A stretch of DNA of 43,233 nucleotides from IMG/VR virus record IMGVR_UViG_2516143027_000009, one strand, 5' to 3'. The notes below the pieces were generated by a model. That model was not told the origin of the DNA. It was given only the letters and a program-made list of their open reading frames with translations, and did no database searches. A program made the translations under genes and the position numbers. This document shows, one piece after another, positions 1 to 8,889 of this stretch; the stretch's first letter is position 1, and each line of letters begins with the position of its first letter. This DNA comes from a virus. Its lineage: Duplodnaviria; Heunggongvirae; Uroviricota; Caudoviricetes.

Positions 1-516
1 ATGAAATTTAAAAAATGTCTTCTGCCTGTGGCAATGTTAGCGTCATTCACTCTGGCAGGATGCCAGTCAAATGCTGATGATCATGCCGCCGATGTTTATC
101 AAACCGATCAACTGAATACCAAACAAGAAACTAAAACCGTTAATATTATTTCCATTCTTCCCGCAAAAGTTGCCGTAGACAACGCCCAAAATAAACGGAA
201 CGCACAAGCCTTCGGCGCGCTTATTGGCGCTGTCGCTGGCGGTGTTATCGGCCACAACGTCGGGTCTGGCAGCAATTCCGGAACGACGGCAGGTGCAGTT
301 GGCGGCGGAGCTGTAGGCGCGGCAGCGGGTTCGATGGTGAATGATAAAACCTTAGTGGAAGGTGTTTCTTTAACATATAAGGAAGGCACCAAAGTGTATA
401 CCTCCACCCAGGTGGGTAAAGAGTGCCAGTTTACGACAGGTTTAGCCGTTGTTATTACCACGACGTATAACGAAACGCGTATTCAGCCAAATACCAAATG
501 TCCTGAAAAGAGCTAA
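1..516 (+). CDS. yfgH: Outer-membrane lipoprotein with glycine-zipper motif (host gene, likely YfgH-like)
   Basis: ATG at position 1; lipoprotein signal peptide with lipobox LAGC; Gly/Ala-rich GxxxG zipper (GALIGAVAGGVIGHNVGSG). Symbol is from memory of the E. coli yfgH-yfgI pair and length match, tentative. Confidence 0.6.
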   Translation: MKFKKCLLPVAMLASFTLAGCQSNADDHAADVYQTDQLNTKQETKTVNIISILPAKVAVDNAQNKRNAQAFGALIGAVAGGVIGHNVGSGSNSGTTAGAVGGGAVGAAAGSMVNDKTLVEGVSLTYKEGTKVYTSTQVGKECQFTTGLAVVITTTYNETRIQPNTKCPEKS

Positions 517-531
517 TAATCAGGAGGAGTC

Positions 532-1071
532 ATGAAGAAAGTTTTTCTTTGCGCCATCTTAGCCTCCTTAAGCTATCCGGCTATCGCCTCATCATTGCAG
601 GATCAACTCTCGGCTGTCGCAGAAGCGGAACAGCAAGGTAAAAATGAAGAGCAAAGGCAGCATGACGAATGGGTCGCGGAGCGCAACAGGGAAATCCAGC
701 AAGAGAAGCAACGTCGCGCAAACGCCCAGGCCGCGGCTAATAAAAGAGCGGCAACGGCAGCAGCGAATAAGAAAGCTCGTCAGGATAAACTGGACGCCGA
801 AGCCACTGCGGACAAAAAACGCGATCAAAGTTATGAAGATGAGCTACGTAGCTTAGAGATTCAGAAACAAAAACTGGCGCTGGCGAAAGAAGAAGCCCGC
901 GTCAAGCGCGAAAACGAATTTATCGATCAGGAACTGAAGCACAAAGCTGCGCAAACCGATGTGGTGCAATCTGAAGCTGACGCAAACAGAAATATGACTG
1001 AAGGCGGTCGCGATCTGATGAAAAGCGTGGGCAAAGCAGAAGAGAACAAATCGGACAGCTGGTTTAATTAA
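532..1071 (+). CDS. yfgI: Secreted Lys/Glu/Ala-rich coiled-coil protein (host gene, likely YfgI-like)
   Basis: RBS AGGAGG upstream of ATG; N-terminal signal peptide; 179 aa charged low-complexity protein; adjacency to the lipoprotein gene. Symbol tentative. Confidence 0.55.
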   Translation: MKKVFLCAILASLSYPAIASSLQDQLSAVAEAEQQGKNEEQRQHDEWVAERNREIQQEKQRRANAQAAANKRAATAAANKKARQDKLDAEATADKKRDQSYEDELRSLEIQKQKLALAKEEARVKRENEFIDQELKHKAAQTDVVQSEADANRNMTEGGRDLMKSVGKAEENKSDSWFN

Positions 1072-1110
1072 TCGATGTAAGTAACTTCAAGCCTATAATT
1101 CTTGAAGATA

Positions 1111-1142
1111 AAAAACCCTCTGTAGTAACAGAGGGTTTTGTT
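1111..1142. terminator. Bidirectional rho-independent terminator after host genes
   Basis: Hairpin CCCTCTG-TAGTAA-CAGAGGG flanked by an A-tract and a T-tract. Confidence 0.6.
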
Positions 1143-1267
1143 CATTCATAGTGCAGGGATCAAAATCATTCCCACTCAATTATTTACGGCATGCATAACC
1201 AATTGGCTGGTAACAACTTTCTGTAACCTGATTTTCACCGTACCGTTTTATATACCGTCGCCGGAAA

Positions 1268-1765
1268 TCAGTGCCACGATTTTTGCTTCTTCAGTGAATC
1301 GTATTGCTGTTCGCAGGATTCTCCTGCAATCCGATACTTTTCAGCCTCAGCTGCTGTTGCGTTGTAAACTCGATTGCTTTCTTCAAGCATGTCGGCGAGC
1401 ACACCGATGACCTTGCTGGCTGGCGTGCCAGTGGGGAAAGATCCGGTATAGTGTTCGGCGAGTCGCTTGGTTTTGTCAAGCTCGGCGCGCAGGCTGTCAG
1501 CAGCGGCATTAGCATGCTCAGCATCAACACGCGCCACATCGATACGGGATTGTGCTTCACGTTCAATTTGTGTTTTCTCCTGATCACGTTGTGACCTGGC
1601 CTTATCATCAGCCTGTTTCTGATCTTCCTGTGCCTGCGCATACCCGGCATCGTACTGGCGGCTGCCGTGTATATTCCAGGCAACCACTCCGACGATGAAC
1701 AGAGCAGCAAGCATCAACACGATAAGCAGCTGTTTCCAATATGCTTTTACGAATGTCAGGATCAT
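1268..1765 (-). CDS. Rz-like inner-membrane spanin (i-spanin)
   Basis: N-terminal TM helix, charged coiled-coil periplasmic domain, last gene of the lysis cassette, overlaps the endolysin stop; contains a nested lipoprotein ORF in another frame. Confidence 0.65.
   Translation of the reverse strand: MILTFVKAYWKQLLIVLMLAALFIVGVVAWNIHGSRQYDAGYAQAQEDQKQADDKARSQRDQEKTQIEREAQSRIDVARVDAEHANAAADSLRAELDKTKRLAEHYTGSFPTGTPASKVIGVLADMLEESNRVYNATAAEAEKYRIAGESCEQQYDSLKKQKSWH
1291..1539 (-). CDS. Rz1-like outer-membrane lipoprotein spanin (o-spanin), nested inside Rz
   Basis: Out-of-frame ORF wholly inside the Rz-like gene; lipoprotein signal with lipobox LLTAC; Pro-rich short mature peptide. Start codon uncertain (several in-frame Met). 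Confidence 0.45.
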   Translation of the reverse strand: MWRVLMLSMLMPLLTACAPSLTKPSDSPNTIPDLSPLARQPARSSVCSPTCLKKAIEFTTQQQLRLKSIGLQENPANSNTIH

Positions 1766-2391
1766 ACCGCCAGCACCTTACTGGCATTGATGTATCGCGC
1801 GCGCCGGTCGTCGATGCCGTTCCGGCCACCATTGATAATCAGAGTTACACGTGCAATATCGCCGGTATACTTCATGCATCCTTTGCTGGCAAAGAACCAC
1901 GCCGCGCTACGAGCCGCATATTCGTCCTGCGCCAGCAGTTCAGGGCTCTCCAGCAGGTCAACCTTCAGACCGTTTCCGCAATCACGATAGTTATTCAAAC
2001 CGGTAATCTGGATAAGTCCGCGCCCTCGGTAATTCCAGCCATCACCAGGGGCATTGTTCCCCATGCGTTTGCTGTATACCAGATTTGCGATCGCGCGCTG
2101 GCGCTCAAGTGGCAATGGTGGTTCACCAGCACGGCGCCCCAATGCGTTGGCCTGTCCCTGAGTGAGACGCCCAGCCCGAACAAAGTTAGCCAGTCCGCTG
2201 ACGCTGTAGTTGAAATTCTCCTGCAACCGGGTGAAGCCTCCAGACTCATGCCCGACCTGAGCAATAAACATAGCCTGATCTTCTGGTTTGCTGATACCAA
2301 ACTCTTTCATCGCAGAAGTTATATGCGAGAACCAGCGTGCGGCCAGTGCCTCGCTGATACCAGCAGCTCGCTGGAATTGTTTAATCTCCAT
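1762..2391 (-). CDS. Endolysin, glycoside hydrolase family 19 (chitinase-like)
   Basis: Motifs HESGGF and [11 protein letters not shown] typical of GH19 lysozymes; start moved to Met MEIKQFQ (upstream ORF part overlaps the holin-like gene). Confidence 0.75.
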   Translation of the reverse strand: MEIKQFQRAAGISEALAARWFSHITSAMKEFGISKPEDQAMFIAQVGHESGGFTRLQENFNYSVSGLANFVRAGRLTQGQANALGRRAGEPPLPLERQRAIANLVYSKRMGNNAPGDGWNYRGRGLIQITGLNNYRDCGNGLKVDLLESPELLAQDEYAARSAAWFFASKGCMKYTGDIARVTLIINGGRNGIDDRRARYINASKVLAV

Positions 2392-2689
2392 GTTTAGACC
2401 TCGATACTTTGAAAATTTGAACGACGTTACCGCGCGTTTTAATAACCGCAGCAAGCATGACAGCGTTGATAATGACCTCGGATAAATCCACAGCCATTGG
2501 CGTACGTAACCAGATTGCATAGGCGACTCGAACAGGAATACTGGCCGCAGCAACAATCAGGAAATAAGCAAGCCATCCTCCCCACCTTCGATGTTGAGAG
2601 CCGTTACGCCGGAATGTGACAACGCGAATTGCTATGCCAGTGCAAATAACTGCATTGGTGATAAGCAAAAAAAACTCATGCGTTACCAT
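2381..2689 (-). CDS. Holin or antiholin-like small membrane protein
   Basis: 102 aa, predicted multiple TM helices, sits between holin and endolysin. Confidence 0.45.
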   Translation of the reverse strand: MVTHEFFLLITNAVICTGIAIRVVTFRRNGSQHRRWGGWLAYFLIVAAASIPVRVAYAIWLRTPMAVDLSEVIINAVMLAAVIKTRGNVVQIFKVSRSKHGD

Positions 2690-3080
2690 CGTCTTTTCTC
2701 CCCGGAATTAACTCGCGTGGATTATCGGAACGGTGATAGAGCCATATACCAATACGCACAGCGACAATTGCTGACACGAATGCGCCTGCAGAGAAAACAA
2801 TCCCTTTTTCAAAAGAGTCCTGCGTGATGGTAGGGATCAGGCTGGCTATGCCGATAAGAATTGATGCTGCTGGTTTGTAAAAGAGAAGGCCGCAAAGAAA
2901 GCTGAGCATCGACAGGAGCACCCGGCGACGGATGGGGTACTCTACTGCAGAGGTAACAAAAATTACCGCCCCAGCCAAAGCCCCTAAAGCAACCTCCGGA
3001 GGGACACCTGCAATAACCGCAGCAAGAGAACCAAAACTAAGCAACTGATTTAATTGCTCACTTGTTACTTGAGCAGACAT
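2676..3080 (-). CDS. Holin (class I-like, three TM helices)
   Basis: 134 aa, three hydrophobic helices, charged C-terminus, first gene of the lysis cassette. Confidence 0.55.
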   Translation of the reverse strand: MSAQVTSEQLNQLLSFGSLAAVIAGVPPEVALGALAGAVIFVTSAVEYPIRRRVLLSMLSFLCGLLFYKPAASILIGIASLIPTITQDSFEKGIVFSAGAFVSAIVAVRIGIWLYHRSDNPRELIPGRKDDGNA

Positions 3081-3361
3081 ACTTTCTCCTGTTTACTATC
3101 TATAAGCCAGTCAATTATTGATGACTAAACCCGCATAGTAAACCATATATGAATCATTATTGTTCCGTATCATATATCTCAATAAAAGTACTAATGATTT
3201 TACAGAACGAGCCAGCAGAGTGGGGGCAGTTGTACAGGAACCATAGACTTAATTTTGTATTTAATAATGCTATGGTGTAATAAACCTGAACATGTATTTA
3301 AAATACGTACTGATTCATGATAGAATTCAAAGATAACTTTTCACAAACTCCGTTTTTGATA

Positions 3362-3388
3362 CCCGCAAAATATTGCGGGCTTTTTTTT
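3362..3388 (+). terminator. Rho-independent terminator, plus-strand orientation, overlapping tailspike stop
   Basis: Hairpin CCCGCAAAATATTGCGGG followed by T8 on the plus strand; the minus-strand reading lacks a U-tract. Confidence 0.5.
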
Positions 3389-6300
3389 AACGTTCTTCCA
3401 GAGACTGAATCCGCTCTTTTATCTTATCCATTTCTCTGCGCTGCCATGCCGCCTCGATATAGAATAAGAGATCAGGTCTGACCCCCCATCTAGATCCTGC
3501 TGGCGTTATTTCAACGCGCTCAATGATGTCTTCCATTACCATCACTGGATTATCATCCTCATCAACAATGATGCTCCCTTCATTATCAGTCAGCGGCATT
3601 TCCCTTTGGCCAGTAATGACGTCATCATATACTGCGGGATAATCGTCATAGCAAAGAAAGGCATAGCGGCATGTTGTGCTTTCTTCTTCCATGAGTCCGT
3701 GAGAAATAAGAACATCACGAAGTTGCTGCGCGATTACACCATGATGTATCCTCGCCCCTTCTTCCCCCTTTATAGCGACAGCGTTCAGCCATTTATAAGC
3801 GATATACCTGACGTCACCCCAGGCATCCAGCAATGCTTCGTCAGGAGAGACCGGCTCTGTCTTTAATGTTCCGTCACTGGTAACCACAGGATTGGAGCCA
3901 AGATAAACTGTCGAGAACCTGTTTCCCGGACCACCAAGAGCATTTACATTATCAAGATAAGGTTTAACATCTCCGTTCTCAAAAAGATGTTCGAGTGCGT
4001 TATATACCGCGCGACGTGGAGTACTGCTTCCGGAACCATGCAACGTTATCATTGCACCATCTGCTGAAGACGTTGTTTCACCGCCGCTAACGATTAATCT
4101 CTGAGCGGTAACATCATCAGACGGTACTTTCTTCGCAATAATGGCGTAATTACCCTCAAGTTTGACTTCCGCGCGAACTTGTCCTGATGTACCTGCATGG
4201 ACAGTCAGTGACTGGACGGCAACATCATCTGTGAAATCAACGGGTACAGGAACCGTCCTCACGCCTGACGTCGACATAAAAGTAGGAAGCGTTCTGTTAG
4301 GAGTGGCTCCGTAGACAAAATCCCTTGAAACAAATTCTTCCTGTTTAATTTTCACCCTGAAACAATACAAATCAGCCGGGTGACCATCGTGAACATAAGG
4401 ATATTTTCTGTTGTTATCCCCTATGCTCCATGGGTTTAGAAAGTCTTCCCCACCGAAAATGTAGTACAGCCAGTTGTCTTTGATACAAACTGAACCAACA
4501 CCAACCGCAGAGTTAACTATTCCGCCCTGATAAATCTGATCAGTAACATTAACCCACTCTACATTATCCAGACTCCACTCATTGACGTTAACTCTGGTCA
4601 TAAATGTTCTTGGATAATTTCCTGCATAACGGTTATCAGGTTCTCCTCCTTCCCACTCACCAAATGCGCGCTCACTGCCAAAAATAATCAGCTCATCGCC
4701 AACTTTGGCAAAAGGAAGGTTTGAGTGATGAACATTATTTGGGAAGCGAAGAGAATTCCATGATGTACCTAAATCAGAGCTTCTGTGCAATGAACTACCG
4801 GGTTGAGTACTTAATGTCCCCCTGGTCGTCAGATACAGAATGCCATCATAATATTTTACACATGGCTCAGATGCATTCGCCTCATATTCTGCAGGTATGC
4901 GTCTGCGAACAAAGCTACCAGGAGAACCGAAAGCATCAGAGAAATAGAGTATCCCAAGCTCGCGTGGACCAATATCACCATTATGGTAGCCAACAGCAAA
5001 ACTGTTATCGCTAATCGTCGCAAAACTGTGAATCTCAGTAACAGGAGTGCTTCCGTCAACAAAAGAAGGAATAGTTCCAAGACTGGTTTTTCTCCATGGT
5101 GACGAGTGAAATGATGTACCAAAACTCCAGTATCTACCCTCGTTATTCTGATCCACATCCTGGGTATTTTGCGTCGTAACTGTAAAAGTATTTTTATCAA
5201 TAACAGTAGTCACCGTCATATTCCCGGTAACACCTGTAACACCAGAGTTTGAGAAGTTGACAAAATCACCAGCAAATAATCCGTGATCAGTAATGCGAAT
5301 ATAAGCGACTTGCTGATTTGCTGCTTTCGTTATACCACCATAAACGCGAAGGCTGCGACTCATTGGGCGATCCCACAACTCTGCAACCTGCAGTTTATTT
5401 CCGCTCACGGTCCGCGTCTCAATTACAGCAAAAAGGCGATTTCTGACAACCCCCATACTCATGCAGTGATAGTTAACTGTGGGATAGTTTTCATGTAAAT
5501 CTGTAAGCCATTCCGGCGTTGTCCAGGTCTTCCCGTCATCTCCTGAGCGAACCCATGCAACATGGAGGTTATTTACACCATGGCGGTCTCCAGCCATAAA
5601 AGGCGCATAGATGACATTGTCATATACAAACGTTTTATCCTGCGTCCAGGCGTTGTACCACGGTGTATCTGTAATTTTAAATAACTCTCCCTGGATAAAA
5701 TCTTCAGAAGCATAAAAAAGAGGCTGACCCGGTATTCTCTCAAATAAAAAACGAGCATTTTTAAATCGACTGACATCCGGAAGAGTTGATACTTTAAAAG
5801 TAAGCCCTAATCCGTCAATTTTATAACCTGGAGATGAGGCTTCAAGGCACGCGCTTATTGCAGTGGAATCGTCATTTATACCATCACCAACAGCTCCAAA
5901 ATCTTTGGGGCTAATAGCATCACGCATTTTATCCTGGAACGTTCGGTACACAGCCCCAGAACCATACTGAATAAACCAACCAAAACCACCAACAACCCCG
6001 GCGATTGCAGCATCGACATAATTACGCATTGAGCGATTATTTACAGCGTCCTGCTCAAATGATGGATCTGCAAGGTTAGAAATTTTGTTTTGCTTTGCAT
6101 CGTAATATTTTGCAAGCAAAGATGGTTTCATCAATGCACGTCTGAACCACCCAAAACATTGCTGGATCAGCATCGTCAGGTAGTCAAAGGCATCTTCATG
6201 CACTTCGGGGAAAAATTTTCCCTGATTGCGAAGGTCTGTCTCCTGCACTACATCAAGCACACGATCTATCGTAATTCGCCATCCAGTAGCAAGCGGAGAC

Positions 6301-6506
6301 GGAAGAACCACAGAACCGCCACTATAAGTGCCCGCCCCAGTTACCGTATAACCGGTATCCAGAACCAATTCTGTTACGTTTCCGTTCAGGTCAGACACCT
6401 GAACAACCAGGTCTGATTTTCTGAAAATTCGAAAAGTATACGGAAACGATGTCGTAACGCCGTTACCGGTGTATTCGTTGTGGTCAACTTCGGTTGAGAC
6501 CGTCAT
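3387..6506 (-). CDS. Tailspike or tail fiber protein with C-terminal intramolecular chaperone (peptidase S74-like) domain
   Basis: 1039 aa; N-terminal podovirus tail-fiber anchor-like segment (TGNGVTTSFPYTF); C-terminal ~150 aa resembles the self-cleaving chaperone domain of endosialidases and L-shaped fibers; position after the internal virion protein genes. Confidence 0.75.
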   Translation of the reverse strand: MTVSTEVDHNEYTGNGVTTSFPYTFRIFRKSDLVVQVSDLNGNVTELVLDTGYTVTGAGTYSGGSVVLPSPLATGWRITIDRVLDVVQETDLRNQGKFFPEVHEDAFDYLTMLIQQCFGWFRRALMKPSLLAKYYDAKQNKISNLADPSFEQDAVNNRSMRNYVDAAIAGVVGGFGWFIQYGSGAVYRTFQDKMRDAISPKDFGAVGDGINDDSTAISACLEASSPGYKIDGLGLTFKVSTLPDVSRFKNARFLFERIPGQPLFYASEDFIQGELFKITDTPWYNAWTQDKTFVYDNVIYAPFMAGDRHGVNNLHVAWVRSGDDGKTWTTPEWLTDLHENYPTVNYHCMSMGVVRNRLFAVIETRTVSGNKLQVAELWDRPMSRSLRVYGGITKAANQQVAYIRITDHGLFAGDFVNFSNSGVTGVTGNMTVTTVIDKNTFTVTTQNTQDVDQNNEGRYWSFGTSFHSSPWRKTSLGTIPSFVDGSTPVTEIHSFATISDNSFAVGYHNGDIGPRELGILYFSDAFGSPGSFVRRRIPAEYEANASEPCVKYYDGILYLTTRGTLSTQPGSSLHRSSDLGTSWNSLRFPNNVHHSNLPFAKVGDELIIFGSERAFGEWEGGEPDNRYAGNYPRTFMTRVNVNEWSLDNVEWVNVTDQIYQGGIVNSAVGVGSVCIKDNWLYYIFGGEDFLNPWSIGDNNRKYPYVHDGHPADLYCFRVKIKQEEFVSRDFVYGATPNRTLPTFMSTSGVRTVPVPVDFTDDVAVQSLTVHAGTSGQVRAEVKLEGNYAIIAKKVPSDDVTAQRLIVSGGETTSSADGAMITLHGSGSSTPRRAVYNALEHLFENGDVKPYLDNVNALGGPGNRFSTVYLGSNPVVTSDGTLKTEPVSPDEALLDAWGDVRYIAYKWLNAVAIKGEEGARIHHGVIAQQLRDVLISHGLMEEESTTCRYAFLCYDDYPAVYDDVITGQREMPLTDNEGSIIVDEDDNPVMVMEDIIERVEITPAGSRWGVRPDLLFYIEAAWQRREMDKIKERIQSLEER

Positions 6507-6610
6507 GTTAAATCTCCAGATAGTCGCAGCACCCGTTGCGCCGCATATCTGGTTATTCTATTACCTGGAAAACCACATATGGATAGAAAGGCTGTAAATA
6601 CGAATAGATA

Positions 6611-6625
6611 TTACCTTTCAGGTAA
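6611..6625. promoter_or_regulatory. Operator-like palindrome TTACC-TTTCA-GGTAA (copy 1)
   Basis: Same 5-5-5 palindrome as in the OR/OL regions; lies between the tailspike start and the 6702 gene. Confidence 0.5.
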
Positions 6626-6662
6626 TTTGCAAAACGTGCTGGATAGCAAACAAATTATTTGA

Positions 6663-6682
6663 TACTGTATAAATATACAGTT
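6663..6682. promoter_or_regulatory. LexA (SOS) box TACTGTATAAATATACAGTT
   Basis: Perfect CTGT-N8-ACAG with AT-rich spacer, about 20 bp upstream of the RBS and ATG of the 6702 gene. Confidence 0.7.
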
Positions 6683-6701
6683 ATTGCATGGAGAAGATAA
6701 G

Positions 6702-6959
6702 ATGCAGCAGTATCACTATCCACTGGAAGACGGATTTACCGAAAGGATTCACACGCCGGGAGGCGTCAGGTCACTGGTGGAGGGATCGCACTTGATGAAA
6801 TTACTCCGGGATCTCGATAAGGATGGATTTAATGTCGATGGCCCACTTGCCGAACTGACTGCACTGATTAACTACGTCACCAGCTCACAGATGTCTATGC
6901 AGGATCTGCAAACACATCTCGACTATTGTGCCGAACAATTACGAAAACAAACCCGGTAA
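6702..6959 (+). CDS. Small antirepressor-like protein: standalone copy of the module shared by three antirepressor fusions
   Basis: RBS GGAGAAG then ATG 6702; 85 aa; roughly 40% identity by eye to the C-terminal ~80 aa of the 8108, 9930 and 41299 gene products (shared PL..G...IH.P.GV..L.E.S.LM.LL..L..DG..V.G..AELT....Y......QTH..Y). Confidence 0.6.
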   Translation: MQQYHYPLEDGFTERIHTPGGVRSLVEGSHLMKLLRDLDKDGFNVDGPLAELTALINYVTSSQMSMQDLQTHLDYCAEQLRKQTR

Positions 6960-6981
6960 ATTTAAAGGCCGCAAGAGCGGC

Positions 6982-7710
6982 CTATCGTTTCGCTTTGTGC
7001 TCGTCCCAGCACGTTTTGCACCATGCCATTAAGCCGTCCGCATTTTGATTATTAGGGTAAAAGCTGGTCCGTTTTCTGCGGACATTACAAATTGGGCACC
7101 ACTTCATATGGCGTGTATTCTTTGGGCCATCGAGACACCTTGCACACCACTTAGTCAATCCATCTGGATTTTTTGACGATTTCCGGAATTTGTCATATGG
7201 AAGGTTTATTCTGCATCGCAAACACTGCTTGCGGCCACTTGAAACTCTGTTAGCTGATTCTTCTTTTGGCGGCGATACAGAAGGTATTCTTGCTGGCTCT
7301 GATACTGCCTGAGGTGCTTTTTTAGATGACTGAGACGATATGTCATCACCAGGGAATCTTCCATGATATGCCGGACGCGTTGACACTCCAGGTGGAAGCT
7401 CAGCTGTAAACGGCTTTGGCTGAATCAGTTGCCTCTCTTTTGCTAACTCCTGCTGTTTATAATATGTCTGGATTACCGCACTATCATAAGCAGGAGGTAC
7501 GGAAATATCAGGCGCGTTACCTCCAGTTTTTTGAAAATGAGTAGATGTGTGTTCTATCACCTGTGTACGACTAATCGTTACCTCCCCATCTTCGGTCTTT
7601 ATCGTTTTGTTCTGATTAACGACCGTACGATCAGAGATCTTAGTCTTGTTCTGGTTGATAACGTAAATAATCACCGCAACCACACCAACAACTATCCAGA
7701 AAACTTCCAT
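6982..7710 (-). CDS. Membrane-anchored protein with Pro-rich linker and tandem CxxC zinc-ribbon repeats
   Basis: N-terminal TM helix; two repeats C-x2-C...DGL..WC-x2-C; operator copy in its promoter region. Confidence 0.5.
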   Translation of the reverse strand: MEVFWIVVGVVAVIIYVINQNKTKISDRTVVNQNKTIKTEDGEVTISRTQVIEHTSTHFQKTGGNAPDISVPPAYDSAVIQTYYKQQELAKERQLIQPKPFTAELPPGVSTRPAYHGRFPGDDISSQSSKKAPQAVSEPARIPSVSPPKEESANRVSSGRKQCLRCRINLPYDKFRKSSKNPDGLTKWCARCLDGPKNTRHMKWCPICNVRRKRTSFYPNNQNADGLMAWCKTCWDEHKAKR

Positions 7711-7730
7711 TGCTTTTCCTCACAATAACA

Positions 7731-7745
7731 TTACCTTAAAGGTAA
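7731..7745. promoter_or_regulatory. Operator-like palindrome TTACC-TTAAA-GGTAA (copy 2)
   Basis: Sequence match to the operator consensus; divergent region between the 6982..7710 and 8108 genes. Confidence 0.5.
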
Positions 7746-7823
7746 TATCTTGCTTTCAGGTGATCAAGCGTTAAACGCAATCAACCAAATACGGTTGATT
7801 TTAATATTTCTTCGCGTTTATCA

Positions 7824-7838
7824 TTACCTTTGCGGTAA
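7824..7838. promoter_or_regulatory. Operator-like palindrome TTACC-TTTGC-GGTAA (copy 3)
   Basis: Sequence match to the operator consensus; upstream of the long leader of the 8108 gene. Confidence 0.5.
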
Positions 7839-7929
7839 ATTTACATCGCACTCCTCTTGTGCCATAGTAATCGGGCACTGGCAAAATCCAGTGCCGGGAT
7901 TGGCGTCCCGGGTTACTAAGTGGCGCATA

Positions 7930-7951
7930 CCACGCCAGACGTGGTTTTTTT
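7930..7951 (+). terminator. Intrinsic terminator inside the 5' leader of the BRO-domain antirepressor gene
   Basis: Hairpin CCACG-CCAGA-CGTGG followed by T7; about 150 nt upstream of the 8108 start codon. Confidence 0.45.
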
Positions 7952-8107
7952 ATGCGTTAAGCACAGCTATATCCGAATTATGGTGGGCTGGGCAGGGGTC
8001 CGAAAGGACGCCGGTACCACTTAGGCCGGTACGCCAACCTTGTCCAGTTCACCACCAGTAATTGGCGTTGCGGTGGTGATTAAAATCACTAAGTGGAGAT
8101 AACCACC

Positions 8108-8818
8108 ATGGCTAATGCTCAAACTTCCATCTTCAAATTTGAATCTGTTAACCCTATCCGTTCCATCATTATCGATGGCCAACCATGGTTTGTAGCCCAA
8201 GACGTTTGTAGTGCGCTGCGTATCCAAAACGTCACCCAAGCACTTGAAAAACTGGATGATGATGAAAGGTCTATGTTCAACATAGGGCATGAACATCGTG
8301 CAATTTTTGACAGCCGAGTAAAAGAGATCAACATCATCTCCGAGTCAGGCCTCTACACACTGATCCTCCGCTGCCGCGACGCAGTGACACCAGGCACTAT
8401 CCCCTACCGCTTTCGTAAATGGGTTACAGGTGAGGTTCTTCCTCAGATCCGCCGCACCGGAAGTTACATTAAAAACTCGCTCCCGCAGGAAGAACGCATA
8501 AAGATGGTTGCCGACCAGGTAGCCAACGCCACGGCGTCAGCAGTAATGCAGGCGATGAAGATAGAGAACAAAACCTACAGTGCCCCACTGAAGCCCGGCT
8601 ACCGTAGCCTGATTCATTCGCCGTCTGGTGTTCTCGGCCTGACGGAGAACTCACTGCTGATGAATCTGCTGAACCAGTTACAGGAAGACGGGCACGACGT
8701 ATCGGGCGCGGCGGCGGAACTGACCACCATGTTCTGCTACATCGTCGGTGTGAGCAAATGCCTGCGTGATATCCAGACCCACGCGGAGTACATCAACGAC
8801 AAGGCAGGGTTCTTCTGA
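8108..8818 (+). CDS. Antirepressor-like protein, N-terminal BRO-N domain fused to the shared C-terminal module
   Basis: N-terminal region typical of the BRO-N family (IFKFE...IDGQPWFVAQDVCSAL); RBS AAGTGGAG before ATG 8108; C-terminal 80 aa near-identical to the 9930 and 41299 products. Confidence 0.7.
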   Translation: MANAQTSIFKFESVNPIRSIIIDGQPWFVAQDVCSALRIQNVTQALEKLDDDERSMFNIGHEHRAIFDSRVKEINIISESGLYTLILRCRDAVTPGTIPYRFRKWVTGEVLPQIRRTGSYIKNSLPQEERIKMVADQVANATASAVMQAMKIENKTYSAPLKPGYRSLIHSPSGVLGLTENSLLMNLLNQLQEDGHDVSGAAAELTTMFCYIVGVSKCLRDIQTHAEYINDKAGFF

Positions 8819-8840
8819 CGGCGGCGGCACAGGGACGTGC
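8576..8840 (+). repeat. Copy A of a ~260-bp near-identical repeat (3' end of BRO gene plus about 20 bp after the stop)
   Basis: Near-identical to 41706..41970 (direct) and 9906..10160 (inverted); estimated over 95% identity by eye. Confidence 0.8.
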
Positions 8841-8889
8841 CTTTAAATAATTCTGTACAGATTGCAGACTGGGAGTGAATAGCGTACTA

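Noticed and set aside
1291-1710. Full 139-aa minus-strand ORF as one protein
   Set aside because: Only the C-terminal part from the internal Met shows a lipoprotein signal; the upstream part is a frame artefact of the Rz gene, so only the nested o-spanin is called.
2941-2956. GGTAAC-N5-TTACC inside the holin gene as another operator
   Set aside because: Half-sites are in the opposite arrangement to the 13 operator copies and lie within coding sequence; probably chance.
3387-6506. Large minus-strand protein as a toxin or defence effector
   Set aside because: Conserved N-terminal tail-fiber anchor, C-terminal chaperone-like domain and position in the virion module identify it as the tailspike.
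7750-8061. 103-aa plus-strand ORF in the BRO gene leader
   Set aside because: No RBS, overlaps hairpins and an intrinsic terminator; region interpreted as structured RNA leader.
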